From Batkoa obscura (lineage: Eukaryota), in NCBI GenBank assembly GCA_030770535.1, contig JASVEC010000002.1, forward strand, positions 682,001 to 746,000: a DNA stretch of 64,000 nt. Direction: 5' to 3'. The notes below the pieces were generated by a model. That model was not told where the DNA came from, did no database searches, and saw only the letters and a list, made by a program, of their open reading frames with translations. This document shows, piece by piece, positions 24,153 to 34,570 of this stretch. Each line of letters starts with the position of its first letter. Positions within the stretch are counted from its first letter, which is position 1. The translations under genes and the position numbers were made by a program.

Positions 24153-25648
24153 ATATGTTTTTGATTTTATAAACTAAGAATACTAGTTTTAAACGCTTAT
24201 TAGAATTAAGCTATAGATTTTTTTAATAATTTGAACTTAGTAGCAATATCTGAAGCTAGTAAACTGCTATCAATAAAAGTTATTCAGCTTTCTCCTTTTA
24301 GCGTTTAATTTTCAATTGTAAAAATATTGTACTAACTACTTGGGTCATGATATAAAGGGCATCAAAGCCTCCTCAAATCGATCTAAATATTTCATACAGT
24401 TTTTATCCAATAAATGCCTATAAAGGCTCAAACTTTTTGAAGATAGTTATAAACATGAAATCAATATGGACTGTGAGCAAAGTTCTTAGTGTAATTTATG
24501 AATTATACAAAGTGTATGTTAAAGGAATCGTGTAACAATGAGAAAATATCATTAATTATTTTCTAGAAGAATAGCCAGATTATTTGATAAATTACGATAT
24601 ATGAAGCATTATGTAGCAAATCAATATAAATAGAATAAGTATATGGAAGATGGAAATATATTTTATGTAAAAATTACATTTAAGCAAAAAAGTGTTAATG
24701 CAAGTCTTTACCATAATTTAAACAAATAATTAACAAGGGTTAGGGTTAAGATTAGGGTTATGCATTAAAAAGTATCAAAAATGCGCACAAAATACAATTG
24801 CAATTTAGAATTGCTTTTGTAAAGGTTATAATCTAAACCAGCAATGTTAGTAATAAATAGTATTAGGCATTCGTTATCCTAAAATGATATTTTGTTGACC
24901 TTAAAGATTATAATGTCTTTAAATCTTATCTAAAGATTGCGCTTTTTAAATAATTTAAAATATCACTGAAAGTAAAATTCAAAGTATCATATTACTTTAA
25001 AAATATTAATCTAGAGTTTGTTATAGCAATATTAATTGATAATTCATAAGTCATGTTATTTTAGATTTTATTAGAATAAGCAGAAATATAACATTTAACT
25101 TATGTCAATGTTATTAATCCATATTTTATATCCTGTTAATCTGATTTTTACATCTATCTGGCAAAGATAAATTAACCAAAGTTTATAAGCATATTTTAAA
25201 GGGAGCAATTTTAATGAATCTAAAATATAAAAAGATTCGAATTTGTGAAAGTGCTTGTTTAAATTTACTATAAAAGCAAAATAAGTGCCAATTTATCTTA
25301 TTTGGAAGTTCAAAATTTTTGCAATAGTGTCTTGTAGGAGAAAAGAAGTACTTAATTTTAAATAATTTTGATGTTTATAGCATTGAAGGTTTTTATAGTA
25401 ATATATTCATCTGCTCTTTTTTGTAAACAATTTACAACATATAAATCAACTGTATTTTTGATAGCAGTTTAATTTAGGTATTTATACTTCAAGATATTTT
25501 CATATTACAAATGTTCTCACTTGCTTTATTATTCACCAAGTACTTTATAAAAGTTATAGAATGTTTCACCTTTTGAATACAAATTTTAATAATAATACTT
25601 GTTTCAATATTATAAATCATAGAAATTTTATTATTATTTTAAGTTAAA

Positions 25649-28600
25649 TTATTCTTGTTTAGGATCGACAAATACGGAAGAAAGAACAGGGTGGCTGTCA
25701 TGATCCCCAGTTGTACCAGATTTAGCTCTACGTGTATTGCTAGATTCTTGTGCTATTTCTCTAAGTTTTTGAGCTGTAGCTTCACCAGTTTGGGCTACCA
25801 AAGAAGCAAAAGAGCCATCTTCTCTATCAAGTAGTCTAATTGGCTCATCAAATTCCATTACTTTACCGCCATCCATAACTAACACTTTATCAGAATCAAT
25901 AATTGTGTTAAGACGATGAGCAATAGTAAGTACAGTTAAATCAGCAAAGTTCTCACGGATAGCATTTTGGATTAAAAGGTCAGTAGCCATATCAATAGCA
26001 GCTGTGGCTTCATCTAATACTAAAATTTTGGATTTAGAAAGTACTGCACGTGCAATACAGAATAATTGACGTTGTCCTAATGAGAAATTCTTTCCGTTTT
26101 CTATGACTTCAGAATCAAGCTGGTTGGGCATTTGACGAATCTTATCAGAAAGATGAACTGAATCTAAAGCTTTCCAAATTTCGAGATCAGTGCTTGTATT
26201 GAATGGATCCAAATTAGAACGAATAGACCCAACGAATAGAACTGGTTCTTGTGGAATAATGGCTACCTTTGTACGAAGATCTCTTAAACCAATTTTGGAA
26301 ATATCAACACCATCGATAAGGATTTGTCCTTCAGCAGCTTCGACAATTCGAAGTAATGAAATAAGTAAAGTAGATTTACCTGAACCAGTACGTCCTACAA
26401 TACCAATCTTTTCACGTTCACGAATAGTAAAAGTTACATTTTTGAGAACATTAACACCAAATTTATGATATCTAAGTACTACATTCTTGAACTCAATTAC
26501 TCCATTTTCTGGCCAGGTTGCACGTGGTTTTGTTTCAGCTATTTCATGTGGTGCTTCAGCTGGAATATCTCTACCATAATATACAAGTTGTCCTACACTA
26601 CCCATTTGAGATTGTACATCACCTACCATACGGATGGTCCATTGTAAGAACACTAACATCTGTAAAGCATTTGAAAGAGCTAAACCTGCATTAGAGGCAG
26701 CTTGGGCTGGGTTTCTAGTATCTGAAAACATAATAAGGAATAATGCAGTAAAAAATACAATGAATGAGGATAGCACATCAAGATAGAAGGCGACCCATGT
26801 TTTCATAGTTTGAAGGGCGTATAGATTTTTATGATTATCATCTAAAAGTGTAATATTAATTGAATCAAATCTGTTTTGGGCATGGTAAGCACGGATAGAA
26901 AATAAACCTTCAAGAGTAGCAGTTAAATGTGCATAAATTGGAGGTTTTGTTACTGCTTCTAATTGTTTAAGTTTGGTTTCAGCTGGAGTGGTGAAATATA
27001 CTAAACTAAATCCAATGATTACAAGAACAATAGTAGCAACAGCATTGGGCCAGTATACAACAGCAGCTACTAATACCAAAGCACCAGTAGCCAATGGGGC
27101 ATATTGTAAAGATTGCATAAGAGCATCTGGCATTGTGTCATCCACATGGAATTGATGCTTAGAGAAAGCAGAAAGAATACGACCGAGAGGAGTAGTATCA
27201 AAGAATCCCATTGGAGCCATCATTACTGAAGCAAACATATCATCATGAAGAACGTGTGCTTTCTTAGCAGCTTCATAGGCAAATGCTAAACCACGAGTCA
27301 ATACACCAGTAGTGAAAATTATTGTGAAAGCAGCATAAGATGCCAAATAGATGGTATCAAGACTGAGTTTTGAATCAAAGTTAAGACGATTTGGAATCCA
27401 GAAGTTGAGCCAGAAATCAGAGAATAAACGTACACAATGAACTAAGAAGAAGTATGCGAAAATACTGACAGTAATGATTACGCCGGAACCAGCAGTAAGA
27501 TAAAGTATAACATCCTGTATACCCATCTTTGAGGCAGAAAGATCTTCAGTTACTAAAGCGCCCTTCTTAGCATCTTCTTCTTCTTTAGATTTAGGAGCAG
27601 CAGGAGTATCTTTCTTTCCTTCAATTAGAGAATGAATAGTAAGCTCGTTACGTTGGATGGTTGCAGCAACATCATGGCCTTGAATTTGACCTTGAAGAAC
27701 AGATAATTGGTTTTTTTCAATAAATGAGGAGATAGTAGCTTCATTGATATCGTGATTATCAGAACGAGCTGCTAATAGAGATCTATCTTGAACCGAAAGT
27801 TGGTTTAAAACGGCGTTATCAACAGGTTTTTCGCTAGAAAAGTCAACATGCTCGATTTCAATTTCATCACTTTCTTCTCCAGATGCAACGTGTGAGTTAA
27901 TCAAGTTCTTAAATTCTTCATCACCTGATATCAACTCATCATAAGTACCAATTTTATTAATTTTACCATCTTTCATTGCAATGATACGGTCCACTTGAGG
28001 TAAATATTGGAGTGCATGAGTAACAAAAATAACTGTTTTCTCAGAAAGCTTTCCTTTAATACATTGCTCAAAAATATGTCTACCAACGTTTTGATCTACT
28101 GCACTAAGAGGATCATCTAAAAGAATAATATCACCAAAATTATAGACAGCACGTGCTAAGGATACACGTTGTTTTTGGCCACCTGAAAGGTTGGATCCGC
28201 GCTCTGCAATTTCAGTTTGGTCACCAGCAATTAATAAGGTTAAATCTCTTTCTAAAGCACAGACTTTAATTGTTTCATCATAATGAGCCTTGTCAAACTC
28301 TTTTCCAAAGGTTACATTTTCACGAAGTATCATATTAAGTAACCAAGCTTCTTGAGGAACATAACTAACACTTCCGTAAACTTTTAAACGTTCACCACCT
28401 ACTTGTCTCATTTGACCAAGGATAGCTGCGATTAAACTCGATTTACCTGAACCAACATCACCAATAACGGCAACAAGCTCACCATGTTTTATATCTAGTT
28501 TAAGATCTTGTAAAAATGGTGGGTGATCATCATTTTCTTCCCATGAGAAAGAAGATTCGTTCATTTTAATAGCAAGTTCTGGATGGTCTGACTTTTGGTT

Positions 28601-29752
28601 AAGATCATAACCTTCAATTTCAAGTTGAGTGAAAAATTCATTTAAACGTTTAATTGATAAAATTGAGCCAGAGTAACTCTTTACAGCCATAGGTAACATA
28701 AGGAAAGGATAACGTAAGGTATTGAAGACAGAAAGAATGGTAAAGGCAATCGACGCAGATGGTTTTCCCTTAGTATAAGTCAACGTGACTAATGACAAAA
28801 GGGCAACAATAACAGGTACAGCAAACACAACAGCAAAGTTAATAGCCTTGATTTGCATTGTACGCTTGATGAGATTGATTTCTCTCTTACGAATTTCATT
28901 AATTCTCTCAGAAAATGGCTGTTCCCAGGCATAAAATTTGATCAACTTAATTGCAGTCAAAATTTCTGACATAAGATGAACTCTATGAGTAGTAATAGCA
29001 GTATTTTGAACTTGAAGATCGGAAGTTTTCTTACCAAGATAGTATTGTAAAGGAAGAAGAATGATAACAATACCAAGAGCTGGAAAAGCAGCAACTCCTA
29101 TTAAGCCAAAGGAAATACCAAGGATTAAGGTGGCTTCAACTAAAGCAGACCAAAGGAAATGTAAATTAGTTACAGCTTCAGTGATACGTGAAACATCAGT
29201 GGAAAGTACATTAATAACCTCACCAGCACCACCTTTAACTCTGAATAACATAAGTGATTTTCTGTAAACTAAAACGGTAAGAGCTGATTTGATTTGGATT
29301 CCAATACGAGAGCATTGACCATAAAGTTGATGGATAGCAATTGAACTAAATAATGAAGAGAGGAACAAAGCAAGGGCAAATAAATAACCAGCAGTATTAC
29401 TCCAATGAAAGTTGACTTTATCAAAGTATTGGAGCGAAACTTGAAGGAAATAGTAAGCACCTAACCATGTGAAAAGAGCCCAAACTAATTTCCAAATACC
29501 AACTAAAATATAAGCTTTACCATAAACCTTATAAAGAGATCTTAAAATGGATGGTGGGTTAGTAGTGTTTTTTTGCTCTTCTTGCCAAGCTGCTTCTAAA
29601 TTGTCACCATTGATACCTGCCCTTTCGCTTTTAGCTAAAAGAATTTGAATTTGTTTAAGATCAGTACGAAGAAGAGCACTGACTAAAGGAAATACCCAGA
29701 AGTAAAACCAATCAGACAAGAAAAATAACCCTTTTAACTCGAAAGGCTTCAT
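25649..29752 (-). CDS. ABC transporter, ABCC/MRP subfamily (full length, no TMD0)
   Basis: TMD-NBD-TMD-NBD layout. NBD1 GDVGSGKS/LSGGQ/ILLDD; NBD2 GRTGSGKS/FSLGQ/LVLDE; FFDTTPLGRIL motif. Intronless. Confidence 0.96.
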   Translation of the reverse strand: MKPFELKGLFFLSDWFYFWVFPLVSALLRTDLKQIQILLAKSERAGINGDNLEAAWQEEQKNTTNPPSILRSLYKVYGKAYILVGIWKLVWALFTWLGAYYFLQVSLQYFDKVNFHWSNTAGYLFALALFLSSLFSSIAIHQLYGQCSRIGIQIKSALTVLVYRKSLMLFRVKGGAGEVINVLSTDVSRITEAVTNLHFLWSALVEATLILGISFGLIGVAAFPALGIVIILLPLQYYLGKKTSDLQVQNTAITTHRVHLMSEILTAIKLIKFYAWEQPFSERINEIRKREINLIKRTMQIKAINFAVVFAVPVIVALLSLVTLTYTKGKPSASIAFTILSVFNTLRYPFLMLPMAVKSYSGSILSIKRLNEFFTQLEIEGYDLNQKSDHPELAIKMNESSFSWEENDDHPPFLQDLKLDIKHGELVAVIGDVGSGKSSLIAAILGQMRQVGGERLKVYGSVSYVPQEAWLLNMILRENVTFGKEFDKAHYDETIKVCALERDLTLLIAGDQTEIAERGSNLSGGQKQRVSLARAVYNFGDIILLDDPLSAVDQNVGRHIFEQCIKGKLSEKTVIFVTHALQYLPQVDRIIAMKDGKINKIGTYDELISGDEEFKNLINSHVASGEESDEIEIEHVDFSSEKPVDNAVLNQLSVQDRSLLAARSDNHDINEATISSFIEKNQLSVLQGQIQGHDVAATIQRNELTIHSLIEGKKDTPAAPKSKEEEDAKKGALVTEDLSASKMGIQDVILYLTAGSGVIITVSIFAYFFLVHCVRLFSDFWLNFWIPNRLNFDSKLSLDTIYLASYAAFTIIFTTGVLTRGLAFAYEAAKKAHVLHDDMFASVMMAPMGFFDTTPLGRILSAFSKHQFHVDDTMPDALMQSLQYAPLATGALVLVAAVVYWPNAVATIVLVIIGFSLVYFTTPAETKLKQLEAVTKPPIYAHLTATLEGLFSIRAYHAQNRFDSINITLLDDNHKNLYALQTMKTWVAFYLDVLSSFIVFFTALFLIMFSDTRNPAQAASNAGLALSNALQMLVFLQWTIRMVGDVQSQMGSVGQLVYYGRDIPAEAPHEIAETKPRATWPENGVIEFKNVVLRYHKFGVNVLKNVTFTIREREKIGIVGRTGSGKSTLLISLLRIVEAAEGQILIDGVDISKIGLRDLRTKVAIIPQEPVLFVGSIRSNLDPFNTSTDLEIWKALDSVHLSDKIRQMPNQLDSEVIENGKNFSLGQRQLFCIARAVLSKSKILVLDEATAAIDMATDLLIQNAIRENFADLTVLTIAHRLNTIIDSDKVLVMDGGKVMEFDEPIRLLDREDGSFASLVAQTGEATAQKLREIAQESSNTRRAKSGTTGDHDSHPVLSSVFVDPKQE

Positions 29753-31697
29753 TTTAAATTACTGAAAATTAAGTAAATACGAATTGTTTTAATAGTATTA
29801 AATATAAATAAGTTAGTTGTCGTGGTACTTTAAAATATCTTTAAAGTATGTTATTAAGATATACGCTTAAAATATTGATTATAAATAGTTTTTTTGTTTT
29901 TATATTATTTTTTGTTTTTATATTATTTTTTATTTTTATATTTTTATACTCAATTTTAAATTAACCCCAGATTATTTACTAAGAAGCCAGTAAAGTAGCT
30001 TTTCTTTGTTGAAAATGAGCATCTCATTTGTTCAGGACAAAAAATGCACACTTTCAACTATTTTAAAACTTATCTATATATTTTAGGGGTTAAGGAGAGA
30101 ATTTGTTTAACTTTAAAAAAAATAAGAATGCAGCTTTTTTCTTTTTAATCAAAAAAAAGGGTGTATTTAGTATTTTATTTTGCCCCACGAATTTTACTTT
30201 TACAATAGCCATCAAATGTTACACCTAGAATGTTATATTGTAAATATAGAAAATTCTGATGATATGGAAAAGATTATTTGTAAGCTATAAAATTGCTAGA
30301 TTAATAAATTCTTAATTCTGAAAGTATTTTTCATCTTAGTCATATCTGATAATAATGTATATCAAATTAAATTTAATAAATACCTTACTCTAAAAAATTT
30401 CATAGCCCCTCAATTAATTTGATCATAACTAAGTTTGGGATATGTGAATATTTATGACCCATGTATTATTGGGTATAGTAAAAATCATTTGGAATAATAA
30501 ACCATGAAATTTAAAACATTGATTATGATATGAATATCAATGTATTTAAATAGTGAAATCTCAAAGTCATCATTATGGAGTGCTTTAATATCATCTCAAA
30601 GACGATTTGCAAAAGGAGTGAATCTAGAATCTTCCATATTTGGTATATAATTTTGATTCAAATATACTTTTTGTTCTAGAGTAACGTTTTTAATGAAATA
30701 ACTAGAAAATGAATATATTATTTTGAAATCGAATTTAGCCAAAATCATCTTAATAGATTTTAAAATCAATATTTAAAATAAAGGGTCAATTAACTAACTA
30801 TTTGAAGTAATTTTTTTAATCAAAATAATAATAAATTAAATTGCGTCTTATTTTCAAACAATGATATTATAATTTGAAATATACTGCACAATATTTTAGT
30901 GTACTATATAAGTATTGAAAATGAAGAGATAATATAAAGTCCCTTATTAAAATATATTGATAGTCTGAGCCAAGGTTTAAATCAAAGTAAACTATCAGAT
31001 AGTTTGCTTTTTATATGGAGTCATTTATTGGGTGCACTTACCTATCAAATAATAGACCAAGAAATGCTGTTAGCCTTAATATATTAATTTTAAACTAGAC
31101 CGAATTTAGTATTTTTCTATGAGCCACTACTAAATAGTATACATATAATTTAATTCAATTTATTGATAGTATAGAATTTATACTAATATATATAATATAG
31201 CTTAACTTTGAGTATTTAAGTTCTTAAAACAAAAATATTTAAGCTCTCCCAGCCACCACACAACCTTTATAAATAAGTTACTAATTTAAAAATAACCTCT
31301 TCATTTCGGTTATTTCAAATAGGTTATTAATTAAAAATTATAATCCTAGCAATTTAACCAAATATATAGTTATGTAATTCTAGAATAAATATAGATAATA
31401 AAGTTTATTATAAGTAATTTTTTACTAATACTCTGCAAAATTTTAATAAAACAATTAAGCATAGGTTTTAGCTTTTTATACTTTTTGAAAATATTTATTG
31501 TTATAAAGTTAAAAGCAATAAACAACTCACTTACAGAAGTAGCCTTTAATATTTTAAAATATGGATATAGCCTATTTTTTATATAATAGTTATGAGACTT
31601 AATACTTGACTGAGATTATTGATAAGTGTTTAGAATTAAGTGCTCTTAACTCGAAATTCAAATTAGATAGCTTTATCTTATTTTTTTAACAACAGTT

Positions 31698-31795
31698 GGT
31701 AATGTGTATTTATGCTCAAGAATTTTACTAATAATTTTTCCACTCAAATAGGGCTTAAAAAGTGGAAAAAGTAATGAAACCAGAAAAATATCCCT
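31698..31795. mobile_element. MITE family copy, degenerate
   Basis: Internal consensus retained; termini eroded. Confidence 0.75.
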
Positions 31796-32070
31796 GGTTA
31801 ATGTCTGATTTTAATTAGAAATCAGTTAGTTAAGAAGTTATAACTATCTTATATTATTATTCTTGTCTATATATACAAGCTTTCAAACTGTATTTGTTTT
31901 ATCTCACTTAACTATAAACCAATCAATCTGAATTGCTTAAATATTTCCACTTGGTTTTTACTAATTTAATAGGCTATAATTTTAAACGCTTGTTTAGAAT
32001 TCTAAAAGAATAAGCAAATTGAAATCTTTTCAATAGTATTAAATTTTAAAAACTAAAAACATTATATAGG

Positions 32071-32534
32071 TGTGAAATCTGGTACTCAGTGTTTGGAGTC
32101 AAGAACAGCTATTGCTGGGTTGACTACACTATAAGCCGAAAGGTCTTAGTTTATGTGACTAAGATAGACTTGGATTATGAGGAATATCACGTAATAGGTT
32201 ACTAGCTATATAAGACAAATAGAATAGACAATACTAACGTAAAATCTATGTAAAATACTATTAAGAAAACTTAGTGGCTTTATTAAATGTTCGAGATATC
32301 AGGTAATAATTCAGTTAAAAAGCCTCGAACTATTATACTCTGTAAACTCTTTTATACTCTGAAAAGTATAAATATTAAAATGGGAAGATAATATTCTTTT
32401 GGATGGAGCTAGAAATTCTCATAACAAATCAAAATAAGAACATGGGATTGATTTCCTCTGAACTCAAGAACACAACAGCTTAGGCGATTGTTATGCTATA
32501 ATTAACCATGGGACTGACAAAGCGATATTTCACA
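32071..32534 (+). mobile_element. 464-bp LTR-like repeat, copy 1
   Basis: TG...CA ends with 8-bp inverted termini TGTGAAAT/ATTTCACA. Near-identical inverted copy at 58645-59108. No TSD visible. Confidence 0.75.
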
Positions 32535-32928
32535 GACTACACTATAAGTCGAAAGGTCTTAGTTTATGTGACTAAGATAGACTTGGATTATGAGAAATGG
32601 CACATAATAAGTTATGGACTATCTAAAACAAATAGAATACATAATACTAATGTAAAATTTACGTAAAACGCTATTAAGTAAACTTAGCGGCTTTATTAAA
32701 TGTACGAGATATCAGGGAATAATTCAGTTAAAAATCCTTGACCAACTATACTCTGAAAAGTATAAATATCAAAATGAGAAGATGATACTCTTTGGGATGA
32801 AACTAGAAACCCTCATAGCAAATCAAACTAAGAGCTTGGGATTAATTGTCTCTAAACTCGAGAATACAACAGCTTAGGCGCTTATTATGCTATAATTAAC
32901 CATGGGACTGACAAAGCGATGTTTCACA
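32535..32928 (+). mobile_element. LTR-like repeat, copy 2 (tandem, 5'-truncated, more diverged)
   Basis: Aligns to copy 1 from about nt 52 (GACTACACTATAAG) to the GTTTCACA end, with an internal deletion. Confidence 0.75.
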
Positions 32929-33074
32929 GCAGAAACACTATTAGTTAAATTCTTAAACAAAAAAATATATCATCATATGGGGATGTGTTTTTTTATTTAA
33001 GAATTTTACTACAATCTTTCCACTCAAATAGCGTTTAAAAAATGGAAAAGTAATGAAACTAAAAAAACAGCCCC
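32929..33074. mobile_element. Half MITE (32929-32974) plus full MITE (32979-33074)
   Basis: The right half of the consensus abuts the LTR-like end. The full copy has an ATAT TSD. Confidence 0.85.
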
Positions 33075-33212
33075 ATATATTAAAACTTTAGCTGATATCA
33101 ATATATAGGTTATATTAGTAAAAGTTTTATTAATCCAAGGATTTTTGTTAAATCTAACAAAAATCCTACTAATTTACAATACAAATTATAGTGAGATAAT
33201 TTAAAACTATAT

Positions 33213-33311
33213 GGGGCTGTTTTTTTTGGTTTCATTACTTTTTCCATTTTTTAAGCACTATTCGAGCGGAAAAATTGTTAATAAAATTATTAAGCAAAAA
33301 AATACATCCCC
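33213..33311. mobile_element. MITE family copy
   Basis: GGGGCTGT...ACATCCCC, ATAT TSD. Confidence 0.9.
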
Positions 33312-33386
33312 ATATTATGTATTCTTATTTTATAATAAAAAACTTATTTTTATAAAATTTTAAGCAAAGTTTTTAAAACATAAAAT

Positions 33387-33486
33387 GGGAGTGTTTTTTT
33401 TTGGCTTCATTACTTTTTCCATCTTTTAAGCGCTATTTGCGTGGAAAAATTATTAGTAAAATTCTTAAACACAAAAATACATCCCC
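33387..33486. mobile_element. MITE family copy
   Basis: GGGAGTGT...ACATCCCC, AAAT/ATAT flanks. Confidence 0.9.
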
Positions 33487-34012
33487 ATATACTTGTCCTT
33501 TTATTATGACCAAGTGAGCCTTGACCTACTAACATGGCAATAACAGCATTTTACTAAAGAAAATAGCTATTAAGAGGATTTTAATATAGCTCAATTAAAA
33601 TTATTACGAATTTTGAACACAAAAATACAACGATTAAAGTACTAAAAGTACATAATATTTTTTTCAGAATTTCGATAACTATATTAAAGCTCAGCTACTG
33701 ATATTCCTTTTTTACATACTACCACCGAAGCTCCAACTTCAAGCCTTCAGTTAAGATAATCTTGAAACACCCCTTCTACTTGATTACATTCTTTTTCACA
33801 TTTTACCTATTGGATAATTAGGTTGAAATAAATTAAAATACCTAATATAGCATGGAAGGTATGTATGTACTTTTAATAATTTTTTACCAAAATAAATCGA
33901 AATTATTTTGGATGCTAAAATAAAATGTTACAATTATGAACATGGCTTGATTATTTTTTATAAATCGAAGGAGGTACTTATATACATTTTTATCAAATTT
34001 CATAATCTATTT

Positions 34013-34108
34013 TAAAGTGTCTTTTTGTTCCATCACTCTTTTTATCTTTTAGGTGCTATTGAGCCGAAAAAATGGTATTAGATTTCTTCGATAAAAAGGG
34101 AAATCCTT
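34013..34108. mobile_element. MITE family copy, highly degenerate
   Basis: Weak match to the internal consensus. Confidence 0.55.
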
Positions 34109-34570
34109 ATATATTAATTGGCTATAATGTTTGGTTTTTTCGGTTCAATTTCAAAGTGGAATTTCTAGTTGAACAAAAATTACTTCAATTGTTTCTGAAA
34201 AATTAAAAACAGTCACATTCTACTTTTATTGCTCTTCAAAAGATTACAACACAGCAATTATTTCAATCGATTGACACATTACAATATTCAATTAAGTAAT
34301 TGACAGTATTAATTTAATACATAATGAACAAAAAGATCAACAGCAATAGTGAATGATTTTCTTTCTAGCAAAAAATAATGCCCAAATTAGACTCTAAAAG
34401 GCCAAATCTTTTAATTTTAGCCACAAAAAATTGAAAAAATAAAATTGAGTGACACTAAAGATAATCATATCAATTAGACTATCACAAGTTGAAATAAATA
34501 CAAATATAATAAATTGGGATATTCACTTTTTATATTAATTTTAATATTTAAAAAATTACATATTAAAAAA

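Noticed and set aside
24736..24760. AGGGTTAGGGTTAAGATTAGGGTTA telomere-like motif (possible interstitial telomere or telomerase template)
   Set aside because: Only about three degenerate units, with no surrounding structure that I could identify.
30450..30720. Minus-strand frame with an in-frame TGA (possible selenoprotein or readthrough)
   Set aside because: No start context, no redox motif and no SECIS-like hairpin; consistent with chance.
32121..32175. GACTACAC...AAGATAGAC in the LTR-like repeat resembles group I intron R/S (P7) elements
   Set aside because: The S element does not match AAGATATAGTC, no P3-P6 core is evident, and the TG..CA inverted ends fit a transposon-derived repeat better.
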